Source of the DNA: Basidiobolus meristosporus CBS 931.73
Taxonomy: Eukaryota > Fungi > Basidiobolomycota
DNA: 64,000 nucleotides
Assembly (NCBI GenBank): GCA_002104905.1
Contig: MCFE01000275.1
Coordinates: 41,678-105,677 of the forward strand
Reading direction: 5' to 3'
In this document: piece after piece, positions 13,826 through 28,113 of the stretch
How positions within the stretch are numbered: the stretch's first letter is position 1
Layout of the letters: the number at the start of each line of letters is the position of its first letter
The notes under the pieces: model-generated
Told to the model about the DNA's origin: nothing
The model's input: the letters and a program-made list of their open reading frames with translations, nothing else
Databases searched by the model: none
Made by a program: the position numbers and the translations under genes

Positions 13826-15454
13826 TCAGCTTTTGGCCACGAATTTTCCAGCGAGTGCGTACTCTATGAATGCAATTATTGAGTGAAGTGTTTCATTGCC
13901 AACGGGCACAATATTCTCAGCCGGTAGTATGAAGTTGGATACTCCCTGCTGATCAGCAGGCGAAAGCTCTACTGCTATCGAGATGCCATGAAATCCTTGA
14001 GCTTGAGAGACATGATCACCATAGAACCAGTCGGATGAACTTCCCGAAGCGATATACAGTTTGCTAATTTGCTGAAGCTGGTACCGTTCTTGGGGATTTA
14101 CATGTTGTATAGCATTTTTCATGGTTTTTCCAAGTAGAATATATTGAGAGACTGCCATGGGATCCATGTCTATCCATGCATACGGCCACATGATTAGCTC
14201 ACCGTAGGAGTGGTAATCAATGGCCCCAACAATATTACCTAGTTGAAGGAAGTAGTTCATCAACGCCCTCACTTCAGGCTCGCTACCGGCGGATGGTCCC
14301 ATATAGGTCTCATCTCGGGGATTGGTAGAGGAGCCTCCTTTGTTCCAATGATCAGGCCAGTTTCTGTTCTACACATCAAAAATATGTTCAGTATTCCGGT
14401 TGTTGCTTGCTGGCAAGTGTGCGACACCAGTGGGGGGGAGGGCAGTGGTGGACATTAGGTTGTCCTTGCAACACTCCCGTCAAGAGAGATGGAATAGAGT
14501 GGGCCGTTGGGGGACTTCGACGTAGGAGTGGCCGAGCTGCCGTTACCAGCAAGAGGTATGGGGCTCGATGACGTCCCCTAACGCTCGATATCCCCTTGCT
14601 CTACATCACGTAGTCTTTATCTGCCCCATCACTGCAGTCCACCACCGCGCACATCCCCATGGCTGGTCGCACTTCACCATATACCTGAACATGATACTTA
14701 CCGTGTCTACTCCGTAGACTCCGCCGCCGTTGTTGCGACGATTCTTGCGCCACAAACGATCCCCATTCCAGGTGTATTCGTAGCCATCGGGATTCGAGAC
14801 TGGAATGATGATGATCTCGGCCTCGTCGAGAAGCTTCTTGGTGCTCGCATCCGTGGCATATCCCGAGGCAAGCCCGTCGGCCACGTATTGCATGGTGGTG
14901 GTGGCGATCCATTCCCTGGCATGTTGGAGTCCCTGGAACCAGAACTTCTTCTTTGTTGCGCCGTTTTTGCTGGTTATCCTGAGGGCGGGGATGTCCTTTC
15001 CGAGGGTGGTCTTGCCGATGGAAGGAACAAGGGTCACCAGGTCAGGGTACTTCTGGGAGAGATTCTGCAGCCATTGGACAATGTCGGTGAAGGTGTGGTA
15101 GCTCTGGAACCAGGTGGCATCGTCCACCGCACGTTTGGCGAGGGCAGCTTGCTTCAACGACTTTGTCTCGAGATCAATGCTTTCCTGGATGTTCTCGATC
15201 AGGACCTCGGGGGAGAACTCGGCAAGGCTCTCCAGGTCTTTGGGAGATGCGCGAACATGGAGGACATCGGACGCCTTGTGCCAGATGTCCAGGTTGTTCT
15301 TGCTAATGAAATCTAGAGCGGCGTCGGAGCGCTTCAGCTGGATCAGCTTGTGGTTGTCGTAGCGGACAGGGCGGGCCAGGAAGTCAGTAATCGGAACCGA
15401 TAAGGTAGATACTATTAATGTGATGAGACACAAGGTGAAAACTATCATGCGCAT
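13826..15454 (-). CDS. Secreted M14A zinc metallocarboxypeptidase, copy B (exons 15454-14702, 14368-13826; 431 aa)
   Basis: Different signal peptide (MRMIVFTLCLITLIVSTLS), identical central region to copy A, divergent C-half with DYHSYGE, LYIASGSSSDW, VELSP. Confidence 0.95.
14269..15379 (-). repeat. Right arm of 1111-bp inverted repeat
   Basis: Reverse complement of 11781-12891; paired coordinates sum to 27160 at both ends. Confidence 0.95.
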
Positions 15455-15963
15455 TTTGCAGGTCCTTCTGTCGTGTCCGCCTATATATAGCTATCTCTCA
15501 TACTTCGTTTGCAATTTCCTTTGCTCGACAGGAAGCCCCAGCCCAGCAAGTGGGCAATGTCGGCTAGTGTACGTGTGATCAAAATAGGCATTGTCTTACA
15601 TAGGATCCATAGCTCCATTTGGAGCGCGGAGATAGATTCGATGGTATTTGGTGGATTTCCAACGGTGTAACATCTAAACCCATAGGACTAACCCTTTTAT
15701 AGGCTTTGATAAACCTTACCATGCAACGCTCATCTCCTGGACCAAACTGAACGCTGTCATATGTATCTAAACTTGAAGATAAATCCCGATTTAGAATCTT
15801 AAACCAACGAGTTGGCATGCATTGCTGATTTGATTGGGCTTTGAGGTAAAAACACACTTTTGCAGCTACAAACATATCATCTGGCGATGAATCACATGAA
15901 GCGCGCGGTAAGCCCAATCTATATATCATCTGTGCGAATAGACCTACCTTTGTAACCTCGGCA

Positions 15964-16827
15964 ATGAACTCTTCTCATGATGGTAAGTGGAAGTAACTGC
16001 ATACATGAATTGTAAAGAGTAAACGAAGTACTCATCTGTGAGCAATTGTGCTTCATTCCAACAAGATCGTAGGCTTTTGGCCTGGTTCCAATCCGTTGAT
16101 AGGTAGGACGAATATGATAGATCATCTCATGGGGAATTCTATGAACTAAACTTCTTGTTCAGGGACAATTCAGGAGATATTACTGCCCAAGAACTCCAAG
16201 TTGCTTTGTCAAACGGTACCTTTGGCATTTTCTGTAACATGTAACGTTGCTTCTAACATCTGCTAATGTTGCTAGGAAGCTGGACGCCTTTTAACATGGA
16301 GACGGTTCGCTTGATGATCAACATGTTTGATCGTGACCATAACGGCACCATCAACTACCAAGAGTTTGCTGGTTTATGGCGCTATATTGAAGACTGGCAA
16401 AAATGCTTCCTAGGCTTCGATAAAGATCACAGCGGATACATCGACGCACAAGAGCTGCAGGACGCTCTGAGAGCCTTTGGTTACAATCTCACACCACAGT
16501 TTGTTCGCCTATTGATCCTGAAATACGACAGCAGAGGTACTTCTTTAACACATACGTACATATAAATTGAGCACTCCACGGTATGGAAACTTACGCTCAT
16601 GGGTGATATTCTAGGTAAAGGAGACGTGTCCTTTGACAATTTTATTCAGATTTGTGTGACCATCCGCTCGCTAACTGAATCGTTCCGTCGCTTCGATACC
16701 GATAGTGACGGGTGGATTCTCATTAATTACGAACAGGTAAAAGCAAATATGTGCTACCCTCCTGATGTATTATTAACGATGTTAACAAATGCACCAGTTC
16801 TTAGAACTCGTTCTCTCCAACCGTTAG
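15964..16827 (+). CDS. Penta-EF-hand Ca-binding protein (peflin/ALG-2/Pef1-like), multi-exon
   Basis: Spliced reading [97 protein letters not shown]. The first exon (ATG 15964, AAG acceptor) is less certain. Confidence 0.88.
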
Positions 16828-17553
16828 ACCACTTGGTGAAGTCCGTATGGTTTTCTAGATAGATCTGTAGCTATTGCGTCTAGGAAGCCTTCACTGACTA
16901 GCGTATCCCCGATTATTAATTAAAAGTTCATCCCTGCCTTCGGTGTAACTAGGAACGGATGGGCTTAGCATGTATCATGACTAGCAATAGCAGTATTTGA
17001 TTGAGTGAAATAAATAGCGCTGTCCATGTCCCATTCAAGAGAGCGACCACGGCTGATCTAGGTTATTTTCGCGGGTAGAGAAGGAGCGGGCACGCTTTCG
17101 ACGGACTGGCTTCTACTATATTGTACAAGGGCCCATCTGACGCACTTGCCAGACACCCGTCTGGATAGCAACCATGTACATGAAACCACCATTTTCCCGC
17201 TTCTGCTATTTATAGCCAGCAAGCCAACCAGCCCTGATATTGCCCTCTTTGCGCCCATTACAATCAATGGTAGATGTCGGGCACCCCCTGAATCGATGGT
17301 AATGGTCGCCAATCTCCACCGAAAATGAAACTACCACCGGCTGCTGAGAACCACGTGGAAGCCCTAGTCTGCAGTAATGCGAAACCTCTCAGCATCCTTT
17401 ATTGGCAAACACCAAATAAATTACACCAGTCCACTGATAAGCAGAGTTCTGCAAACACATTTTGGCATTTATGGTTCCCCATAGTGCATCCAAGTATGTT
17501 ATTATGATGCAGATCTTTGTCCAGCTGGAAGAATTCCTATGGAATGGGTTGCT

Positions 17554-18888
17554 TCACGCATCACGGTCAGGCTCTGACTCTACCCAGCTTTTGAGGTAGT
17601 CAATGAGCACTGCACCAAATATCAGCTGCTCAGCGTGATAAACCAGCAACGGGATGGTCATCACACCAATATTCGGGTTACCTTCAAAAAGGAGGTTTAA
17701 TAGCGGGACACCTAGGCTGACCTGCAACTTGTTAAGCCTTGTCATGGTGAACAAACGTTCGACAACACATACCGTTTTGGTTCCTGCACACATCATAATG
17801 GCGACGGTATCAGGACGAGAAAAGCCAAGAGCTGGGATCCTCGAAACAAGGAAGGAGAAGCTGTTGAAGATTGCAAAAAATACCGCATCAAGTGCAATAA
17901 CTGATGCCAAAGAACCTAAACCAATCTGGAGCTCTTTGTTGGAAAAGGTATCACAGAAAACACTCCAGATCAAAATAATCAAACTCAGACTATTTAAAGT
18001 GGAGAAATTGATCTTGCTTTGTAGATAGGCCACTCCATTTGGAGTCGCAAGTTGGATGATCTGTCCAATAATAACTGGGAGTATTACAGTTAGCCCCAAC
18101 TCTAAAAATACCCTCAACAATCCAACGGAAGTATCTGAGCCAGTGTGTGGAACTAGAGATTCATCGATCAACCCGTAGAAAAGCAAAGGCGAGATAAAAA
18201 CGCCGAGGACATTTCCAAGGGTGGCATTGGTCAACGCCGCAGATTCGTTCCCAAGCGCAGATTTGGTCATGACAACGTTGGAAGAGATCGTTGTTGGTGT
18301 GGAAGACATGACAATAAGGCTGAAGTGATTTTTTAGCATGGCTTGAAACGATATAACAGTTCCATGGCCTTTAAACATACCCAGCTAGAAGATACTTGTT
18401 GATCGGAGTCAAATTTAGTAGTCTTGAGACACCATATACAAAGAAAGGGATAAGGAAGAGCGATATAATTTGCACCACTAAGTGAAAGTACGCATTAAGA
18501 CACTACGCATAAAGAATGGCTCAGTAAGTAATAACACTTGCCTGTGTGAAGCCGCCACATTAAAAGAGTACGTGCAAGGACTCTGGTCTTCATGGAGAGG
18601 CCGCTCAGAAGGAATATCAAGAAAACAACTCCGTATTTAACGGTATATTCTACACAAGGTTAAAAGGTATTCTCAGACTTGAACATAAGGAATGTAAAAA
18701 CCTGTCTTTAGAGGGCCGCCTTTTCTACCCAGACTAGGGTAGAGATAAGCAAATAATATTCCGCACATGAGAGTGGCCAAAAACCACTGCCTCTTGAGGC
18801 TTGCAACCAATCTGTTGGTTCTTGTACCGTCCGAATCGGAACCAGTGGTCTTAGGTAGTAACGGAGCCCTGACAGAAGCTTCCACCAT
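17554..18888 (-). CDS. Bile acid:Na+ symporter family protein (SLC10A7/Rch1-like), multi-exon
   Basis: WFLATLMCGILFAYLYP, PTTISSNVVMTKSALGNESAALTNATLGNVLGVFISP, KTV|SLGVPL, LLVYHAEQLIFG; multiple hydrophobic segments. Confidence 0.9.
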
Positions 18889-20440
18889 GTTGAAGAATAT
18901 CAGTTACAAGAGGAGATGGAGCAGAGTGATGCTTTTTATCCCAAAATTGACCATCGTAGCTCAGATAATCTGATTTGCATATAACCAGACATCGGATTAG
19001 TCCTGCAAGCCAGGAAAAGTCGACAAACCCTCAAATTATATTAAAACAAACGATAAAAATAGTGAGCAATAAGGTGTAGCATCCTACTATAGAGATTGCA
19101 TACCAAATACTCCAACTGAAAAAGTGATTCAGAGATCCAAATTGAGATATTCTCCATATGACTCAGATGCATGGTTCGGTCATACTATATCCAGTTGTAT
19201 GCACCATACAACATCAATGAATCAGCAATCCCCAAACCACATTTTCCCACCAAAATTCGACCACGGTTAGCATTTGGTAAACTCATCGACCATATGACAG
19301 CAAGAGCCCTCTCTACTCTCCCTTGGTAGCTTGGCCCAATTACAGCTACGCATGTATGAACAGTCAATATCTTTAGCGTAGGTTGTTGAATTCTAACTGG
19401 TGTAGAGATAGCAAACGTCCTGAGGCCGGTTATGCTAGAGATAGAGATGCGACCTAAGGAACGTGCCCGTCGAGCCGTTGGAATTGTGTTATTGGCCTGG
19501 CTCATTTTTAGAGAATCAGAAGAGAATCACTGAATGCCTTGGGCTGGAGCAATACACAGAAACCATGGAACTATAAACGTAGATATATATACAATATTGT
19601 GAGGTTCATTTGAGTAACTTCAAGTTTGAGCTGTTGAGTCGACATGCTAGGCATCACCTGCCGAAATAAATGCCGTCCTCGTCAATGTAGTTTACATGGA
19701 GTCACAAGTACACTATGGAAGAGCAGAGCAGGCTAAAGGAGAAGCTCTGCTGAATATGAATATACGATACAGTGTAGCATTAGCTTTGGCTATCTACGCG
19801 TACTATAGGGGTGCGTCACTACTGTGCTTTCTATAGGGCGGCAACCATGCTGATCTGCTCCAGTGTTTTCCTTGCTTGTTTCGGCCATATATATATATCG
19901 ATATAAAGCTGGGTATTCAGCACCAGGAAAGCTATTTACATACCTGAACCAATGCTAACCGAGATAGCGCCCTTCTGCCTGACGCGCGCTCTCGAAAATG
20001 GTGTTTATCTGAAATGGCTGTTGGCTAAATTTTTTACTCCACTACTGGCTCGCAAAAATGGCTAGGATCCCGCGCTTGTTCGCGTCGTGATGGAGTGGAT
20101 GAGCATGATTCTGAAATCTCGAGTGGGCTCGGGATGAATCGCTTTGATCTCCATTTTGGTTGGAAATTTTCGACAAATTCTTCGTGAAGATTGCGTATGA
20201 TTTATTCACTTATTATTCAGATTCTTATTGAATGCTCGATTTCACCTGAATCACGTGACTTGGGTAGCAATACGAGGAAAATAATGATGATTAGCTCTAA
20301 AACCCCTGACGGTTTTTAATTCATGATAGAAGCTTCTGCTCCAGTTTACTATTCTTTGAGCTTATATTGTTTTTTTTACAAAGTTCCAACTTTCATATTT
20401 TCAAAGTAAAACATAGGTTTTAACTACAACCTGTGCTATC

Positions 20441-23400
20441 ATGGTGTTCCCCACTTCCATTATTACAAACGATCTGGTCGCTACTTGGGACGCAGCAGGA
20501 AAATCACAGGCGTAAGTTTACTACATTTACCAGTTCCAACACGGATTCGAGATCGCTACTGAGAAACTCGCGATTCGTATGAGACCATTAAAACCACTGT
20601 GAGTCCTTTCTAACACCCTGTCGGCTTTTTCAATGAATGAAGATTACAAAAAATCCATGAGTTACTTAACCAATCCGCCCCCAATGCAACTGTTGCCCCT
20701 TTGTCACGTGCGATTCACGAAAGTCTGTACAAATTTGTGAAATTTAACCAACTGACCGCTCCGGAAGTGGTATCCTTTCTGCAAGACATACATCAAGAAC
20801 ATGGTTCGAAACAAGACATTGGAGCCTCCATCATCGATACCATCTGGCTGTTAGACATGGAGACTGAGGAGCCTGAATTCAAGACTGAAAGACAGAGATT
20901 AGTCGAAGTAACCAAAGCCGTTTTGGTAAGTGTCATTCTATCAATGTGATCTTTTACTTTTACTCAAACTATGTCTCGCTACTAGAACAAAGATTTCATA
21001 TCAACTGTCATGATGAAAGAGCGTTTGGAAATGCAGTTTTTGGAGACCGTTGGGCTTATCGCTTCGTTTAGAATGTTTAACAAAAAAGCCATTCGAATCA
21101 ACACATCACTACTGTACGTTACCAAAACTATTGCGCTGTGTATCATTGATTCTTTTGTATTAACCTGCTGCATATTTTTCCAGATATAAGCAGCAGAAAT
21201 TCAACCTGTTACGCGAAGAGTCCGAGGGATATGCAAAATTGATCACCGAATTGACATCCCGCATTGATTCATCTTTTGATAGTCAAGAGGAGTCCGCCAT
21301 ACAAGAGAGAGTTGATGAAGTGTTGCAGAACGTTATGACTTTAATCGGTACTTTGTTTTTAAATCGTGTCGCTGCGTGTGTGTGTGTTTTACTTACCTTC
21401 ATCCTTCGAAGGCTATTTTGACCTTGATCCTAACAGAGTGCTCGATGTGATTTTGGAAGTTTTTATCACCAATGTCGCCAAGCATTATCGTTTCTTTCTC
21501 GCACTCTTGAAAAAGTCTTCTTGGTTACCGCGAGTGTCACAAGCCCCTGTTAGGTCTAATGTTGATAGTATACCGGTTGACTCGATGCTCGGATCAGGAG
21601 AGGTCGGAAGCAAAGTGTGCGGCCAAATCCTAGGCTTCAAATACAGCTATTACTCCGTACGAATGAATCTTTCACAATTATTCAGCGATCTGTTCTTAAT
21701 CTTGTTTGGTTGATTTCTAGAATCCTGACGTGGAAGAGGAGACTCCCGAGGAACTATACGCCGTTACTGCGCTGCTTATCAAGGAGGGCTTTGTTGACTT
21801 GAGCGATATTTATCCTCATGTAAGAAATACCTTTTATGGTGTAATTTCCCATACTATTACCTAACCTCTTGATTTATAAAGTTATCACCAGAGGACCAAG
21901 AGGTTGAAAACGAATACAAGAAGTTCAAAGACAAAATGGATGATCAGGCCTTCAGTGCTGGATCGAACGCACTCACGGTATACTCTAGTGAGCTGTAAGA
22001 TTGTTATCACGGTTAAGTAATATTTAACTTAATGCAGATGATGACCGCATTGGTTGATGATGATGCTGGAGATGGAAGTGGCGGCTCAATCCTCAGTACC
22101 AATGAAGCTGAAATTCCAGAGGTTCGTTCGATATTTTTCGATCTTCAGCTTTTGTGCTAAATTTTATATCGACTAGTCCGCAGCACCTCCACGGCCTCTT
22201 CCCAACCACAAAGCGGGTTTAACGGCGGCCTTGCTCGCTTTAGGAGATCTACAACACGCTTCATTCTTCTTATATAAATTCCCGAACATGAGTGCTACGC
22301 AGCCCGATGTTGCCGATAACTTATGTAGAATAATGCATGTGATGATTGAAGATGTATATCGAGCATATAGCCCGAACCGTCGATTGACTCATCCTATTGC
22401 GCTTAAATTTCGGCCCAAATATCGCCATTCCAGCTCTGGCAACGACAAATATGGAAGCCCGACCAGAGTACCATTGATATCTACAAAATTGCCAGCAAGC
22501 ACACGACATACCTCGTTTGAGTTCTATTATCCACATTGGAACGAAAACATTGTACGTTGCTCTAATTTGGAAGACGTACACAAGACTTTAAATCCGTTGT
22601 TGAGATTCACTGGCGTTCGAATTTCCCGCGATCTTATTTTGGTTGGAAAGCTATGTAGACTGGGGAAAGCTGTGATGAAGGAATTTTCCAACAATGGGGC
22701 ACTGAAGAAAACTTGGATTGATATGGTTCGAGTTTACTTTCTGCCAACAATCTCTCTTATCAATGCCAATCCAGGTAAACTCGAGTTCGGCCATAATGTC
22801 CCAAACATTTGATATTAACTCTTGTCGCTAAAGGAATGGTAAATGAAGTTTGGAATGTGCTAAAGCATTTGCCGTATGCTGTTCGGTTAGTATTGGTATG
22901 TCAATCAATACCTTAATCCATACTTATTCATGGTCATTATAGATATGGTTTATATGGCGAATGGAAGATGGATTCGTATAAAAATTTCCCTGAACTCAAA
23001 GTAGCTAAAAGCAAAACGGTGAAGGATACTAAATCCATTATGAGGTAAGTTCGGGATTTTTATTGTGAATTCATCGCTCTGACACTTTTGTCACAACAGA
23101 CGTATATCAAAGGAGAATGTCAAACAGTATGGACGTATGCTGGCAAAGGTGTCCCATTCGAATCCTACCATTGTCTTCACAACCGTCTTGGATCAAATTC
23201 AGGCCTATGACAACTTGGTTGTTCCAGTTGTCGACGCTTGCAAGTATCTAACCCCCTTCGGTTATGATGTACTTACCTGTACGTACACTATTTTGGATTT
23301 TCAATATGGATTTTACAATGCTAATATACCATTCAATAGATATTATGCTTGAATCATTGTCTAATCCGATGAAGCCACGTTTAAAGAGTGACGGAACCAG

Positions 23401-26400
23401 TATTGCTCACTGGTTGCAAGGTCAGCTTTTATATCGGCTTTCTAATTGATATGACTCTAATATGTGGTTTTTAGGACTTGCTTCGTTTTGCGGGACGGTA
23501 TTTCGCAAATACTCCCTCATGGATTTGACTGGAATTCTACAATATGTAGCCAATCAGCTCAAGAACGACAATTCGTTTGATTTAATAGTCCTCAAGGAAC
23601 TAATTATCAAAATGGCCGGAATCGAAGGATACAGTAGTGCTAGCGATGCCCAACTGGCTGCCATGGCTGGAGGAGAGACTCTGAAGAGCGAGGCCTTCTC
23701 CGTACTGAACAATGTCAAAAGTACCAAAAAATCCTCTAATCGACTTACTAGAGCCCTAGTAGACTCGAATCTTGCAGCCGCCCTTGCAATCTTAATATCT
23801 CAACAAAGAGAAACGTGTGTTTACGGACCTAATTCAATCGATCACCTCAAGCTTCTAGGAAATCTATTTGATGAGTGTCAAGAAGTTCTAATGCAGTACA
23901 TCGAGCTGTTGGCAACAAATCTCGACAAAATAACTTACTCAAAATTAATTCCTTCTATGATTGACCTCTGCTTGACCTGCAAAGTCGAACCAGATGTCGC
24001 TTTCCACATCATCCGTCCAAAACTGATATACCAGCTCTCCTTGCAGGAAACCACACCAACTCCGTTAGCCCCTCTTCATGAAAATACGTCCAATGTTGGG
24101 CAAGACGCTGATGCAATGCAAGTCGACAATGCTGATGCGAACTCTGATGTGCAAAAACCGCAAGCAGAAGGCACCGAAGAGACGAAATCTTCTGAGCCTA
24201 TTGTCGAGAGAGAATTTGTAGGTCCTCAAGATAGAAGCACTGGCGTGTGGCAAAAAGGCCTCGCTAGTGTTATATCCGACGTGACAGAGATTTTACCAGT
24301 TACAGCTTGGAAGGGAATAAGTCCTCAATTCTATGTAACTTTCTGGCAACTCAGCCTGTATGATATATTTATCCCGAAGGATAGATATAAAGTAGAGGTT
24401 GCAAAACAGCGCCAAATCATCTATGCACTCGATAATGAACGAAATGACCTCGGCTCAACCTCGATGAACCGCAAGAAAAAGGAGAAGGAGAAGGCCCAAT
24501 TCATTATCGATAAACTGGATCGCGAGCTCGGTGCACAGATTGCCAACTACGAAAAGACAATGGCCCGCCTGTCTGTTGAGAAAGACTTCTGGTTTATTGG
24601 TTGCTCTAACCGATATGACATAATCACCCAACTGATTCAATACTGTGTCCACCCACGTTGCTTGTTCTCCGCCAACGATGCTATGTTTGCTGCCAAGTTT
24701 ATCAAACTGATGCACAGCATTGGAACAGCGAACTTCTCTAGTCTGACCCTCTATGATCGTATTCTAAGTGACATTGCTTGTGCTATTTTCTCCTGCACGG
24801 AGAAAGAAGCAAACTTCTATGGTAACATATTTACTGATATTTAGGAATCCCAAGTGGTTTCTAAGTTCATTGTATTGCAGGAATCTTCCTTCGTGAAACG
24901 TTATCGATCATTTCTGCTTGGCATGGTGAGAAGGCACTTTACGATAAGGTAATCTCATTTGTTGAAACCATACTCTTCAAGTTAGACTAACCATAGTATG
25001 CACAGGAGGGTAAGGGTGATGGCCTCCCTGGATTTCAGAAGAAATGGGGTCTCGGTCCCAGACAGTACCTTGCCGGAAAAGTCCCCAATGAAGATCTATT
25101 GGATTATGAGGACTACCGTCACGTTGTATACAAATGGCATATCAAATTGCATCGGGTATGTGAACCAGGCATCTCTTGCCTAAGAAGCCAAGACCACCTA
25201 ATTAACGGTTATGTTTAGGCGTTTATCACCTGTCTGGAATCTCACGAGTATATGCAGACGCGTAACGCTATTCTCGTTTTGACCAAAATCGATGAGTTTT
25301 TCCCTGCCATTAGAAAGATTGGCTTGAGCATTGAGAAGAGCGTTGGGAAAATCATTGAGACTGAGAAGAAGGAGGATTTAAAGATCTTGACAATCGGATA
25401 TCAGGCCAAGTTAACCAAAAGAAAACCTACCTGGTTGGCTAATGAGCAATTCCACTACGTTCCACCGGTTAGTTGGCACTTTCTAGGGATGGCTTGAGAC
25501 TTGTTGACTCAATATTTTCCAATGCTCCAGAGAGAAAACAGTGGAGGAAACCCAGTTGAAGCAACAGAAACAAAACCAGTTGGTGCTGCTGAGGAGAAAC
25601 CGGAGAACCAGAGTAATAAATCTAATGAGGCAACACCGCAGGAGAGGCCCGCTTCAAATGACAGGTAAAACTCAATACAAAAGTGGAGACCTTAGGACCT
25701 AGCTAATCTACTAGCAGCAACGCCGACAGGAAATCTGCTAGAGCTGATAGAGCTTCTGGTGAGAGTGGGCGTATCGCAGGAAATAACAAAGACAAGAGAG
25801 ACAAAGCCATCGGAGCCAACAACTCTGGCTCTAATGATCGTCAGAATCCCAGAACCCACAACCGGCAAAATGATTTAAACGATAATAGGCGTAATAATGC
25901 ACCCAGCTCGCGCAATATGCGTAATGAATCTGACAACAAGACAAAAGATACTCGCGAGCCTCGAGAAAACGACAAAGATACTCGTAAAGGAAATAACGAT
26001 AACTCTAGAGGCCAATTTTTAGGGCCTTCCGGAGTTTCTCGAGACAACAAGAACCGTGATTCACGCGAGGTATCTCGTAATAATCGGGACAGAGACCGGG
26101 TTCGTGCCAGCAGAGATCCTACACCTGAAGCATCATCACGTGCACAATCAGAAGCTAGATCCGTAGTATCAAACGAAGACAACCGCTCCAAGAATATACG
26201 AGATCGCTTAGGGGCTCGTGGGGATATGGATCGCAGAGATCGTGGTAACAGAGATCGTCGTAAGGATTTCGCTAAAGACAACAAGGAAGATCAAGCTAAC
26301 GACCGAGAGGAATCTATCAACAAGCGCAGAAAGATGGAGCCCGACAACACGAACCCCTCCAAAGCACAAAACGACGATCGAAAGAGAGAACGGCCTGAAG

Positions 26401-26843
26401 ACGGTTCAAACCCAAATGATCGCGCGAATAAAAGAAGGCGAGGTGACGAAAACCCTCGTGAGAATAACAGAGGCCGACAAGATCGCGTTGACCGAGACAA
26501 ACGAGATGATACCAATCGCCACAACGAGAAGCCTGTCAGAGATAATCGGGACAACACTCGCAACAACAACCGTCGTCGCAATGACGATGGGAATGGAAAT
26601 TCTGATTTAGGAAACAGGCGTGGAAGGACATCGCGTGCCGCTAGTGTTGATGTCGCCAATCCCGAGACCGCACCGTCGAACGCGAACAAGGATGACCAAA
26701 GCCAGCCAAGGAGGGATAATCGCCGACGAGACAATGACCGTCGACAACACCGAAACAACAATGCGCCGGCAATTGAGGAGAACAAGGAAGTCAGAGATTC
26801 TCCAAACACCAATGCTGCCAATCGCGGCAAGCGTCATCGTTAA
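20441..26843 (+). CDS. THO2: THO complex subunit 2, multi-exon
   Basis: IRINTSLLY|[72 protein letters not shown], long R/D/N-rich C-tail. Exact first exon is inferred. Confidence 0.95.
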
Positions 26844-28113
26844 TGTATTCGCTGTATCTCGCACCGCACACCATCTTTACTCAACACGATGTCTGTGCTC
26901 AATAGATTTTTGAACATGTTTTTTGTAAGTTTATTAACGCTTTATCCTTTGACTCGCAATCTTTTTGTTAGCTTCCCATTGCAATTACCAAGAAAATTAT
27001 TGTTTCTCATATGTCTACTCATTCAACCAATTACTGGATTTTTATTTATTTCAATGTAATAAATATCATTTAATTCCACGATCCACAGGATGTATCAGAA
27101 GCGTTGTGTTGCAGTCAAGTCTACGATACACCTACACGTGTAGCAACCAGTGACGATCCAGACACCGTATTCCGTTCAGACAAAAGCGGACCTCCAACCT
27201 TAACACTTCAAGGCTCGTCGGTCTTCTGAAAGGAGTGCACACACTCTTCAGAGTCTGCTGTAAGACTCTAGGCCAGTACTAGAGGCCCCACCTGTGTAGT
27301 GCCAATCGTATCTTTGCTTGTGAACAGCCAGAGAGCCAACACTACCGATCGCCAGCTGTATAGGGCCTAAGCTGCTTATACAATCGTTGGGGTAATCATC
27401 GTTCCAGCCGGGAAACTCAACGACGGTGACGGTGTTTACGAAAAGGAAATAATCAACCGTGTCTCTTCATGAAGCACACTTTTACCAAGCCACTCATCTG
27501 ATTTGCCCACCCATTAGTTTGAGTTTTTTATCGAGGCGCAATTGCTTGGCCCCTAACCGGCACGAGGTTCCTCCACGGGAACTCCCGCTATTCCTAGGAA
27601 TACTTGTTGGTAACCAGTATTAGATGGATGGAAGCGGCAAGAATCGTAGCAATGGGTCGAATCAATTATGCCGGAAATAGGCATTTCAACCGCAGTTTGA
27701 AGTTTTCCATTTTCACACCATTTGCTACATTGGTTGCACGAAAAAATTCATTTGCATGGATTCGAAGAATTTTCACCACATTCTCTCAGATAATTCCTAG
27801 ATTAGGCTGAGCACCCCAAATCCCATGTTGCTTTGAGCTGGTTGTTCATTTGGCATGAGGGCATTTGATGAATACAATGCCAATGGGTACTTTGGTGTAT
27901 TTTCGGGGAACCAATTTGCTACTGATTCGCAGCGGATGGCATGGCTCCAAATAGGTTGATTTTGCTCGGGGTAATTGAGTGTTGGGGAAGAATTCTCAGT
28001 TAAAAGGCAATTCACTCTAGGGGCGTGGAGTGAATTTGTTCTATGGCGACCTGCTCCTCCAAAGGAATTTATTAAATAAAACAGTTCAAGGATAGGAATT
28101 ACTACATTTCATA

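Noticed and set aside
19185-19505. 106-aa ATG-initiated ORF between the symporter and THO2
   Set aside because: No recognisable motif; could be chance or a relic.
25900-26843. Repetitive R/D/N-rich DNA resembling an array
   Set aside because: It is the low-complexity C-terminal coding tail of THO2, with no fixed repeat-spacer period; not CRISPR.
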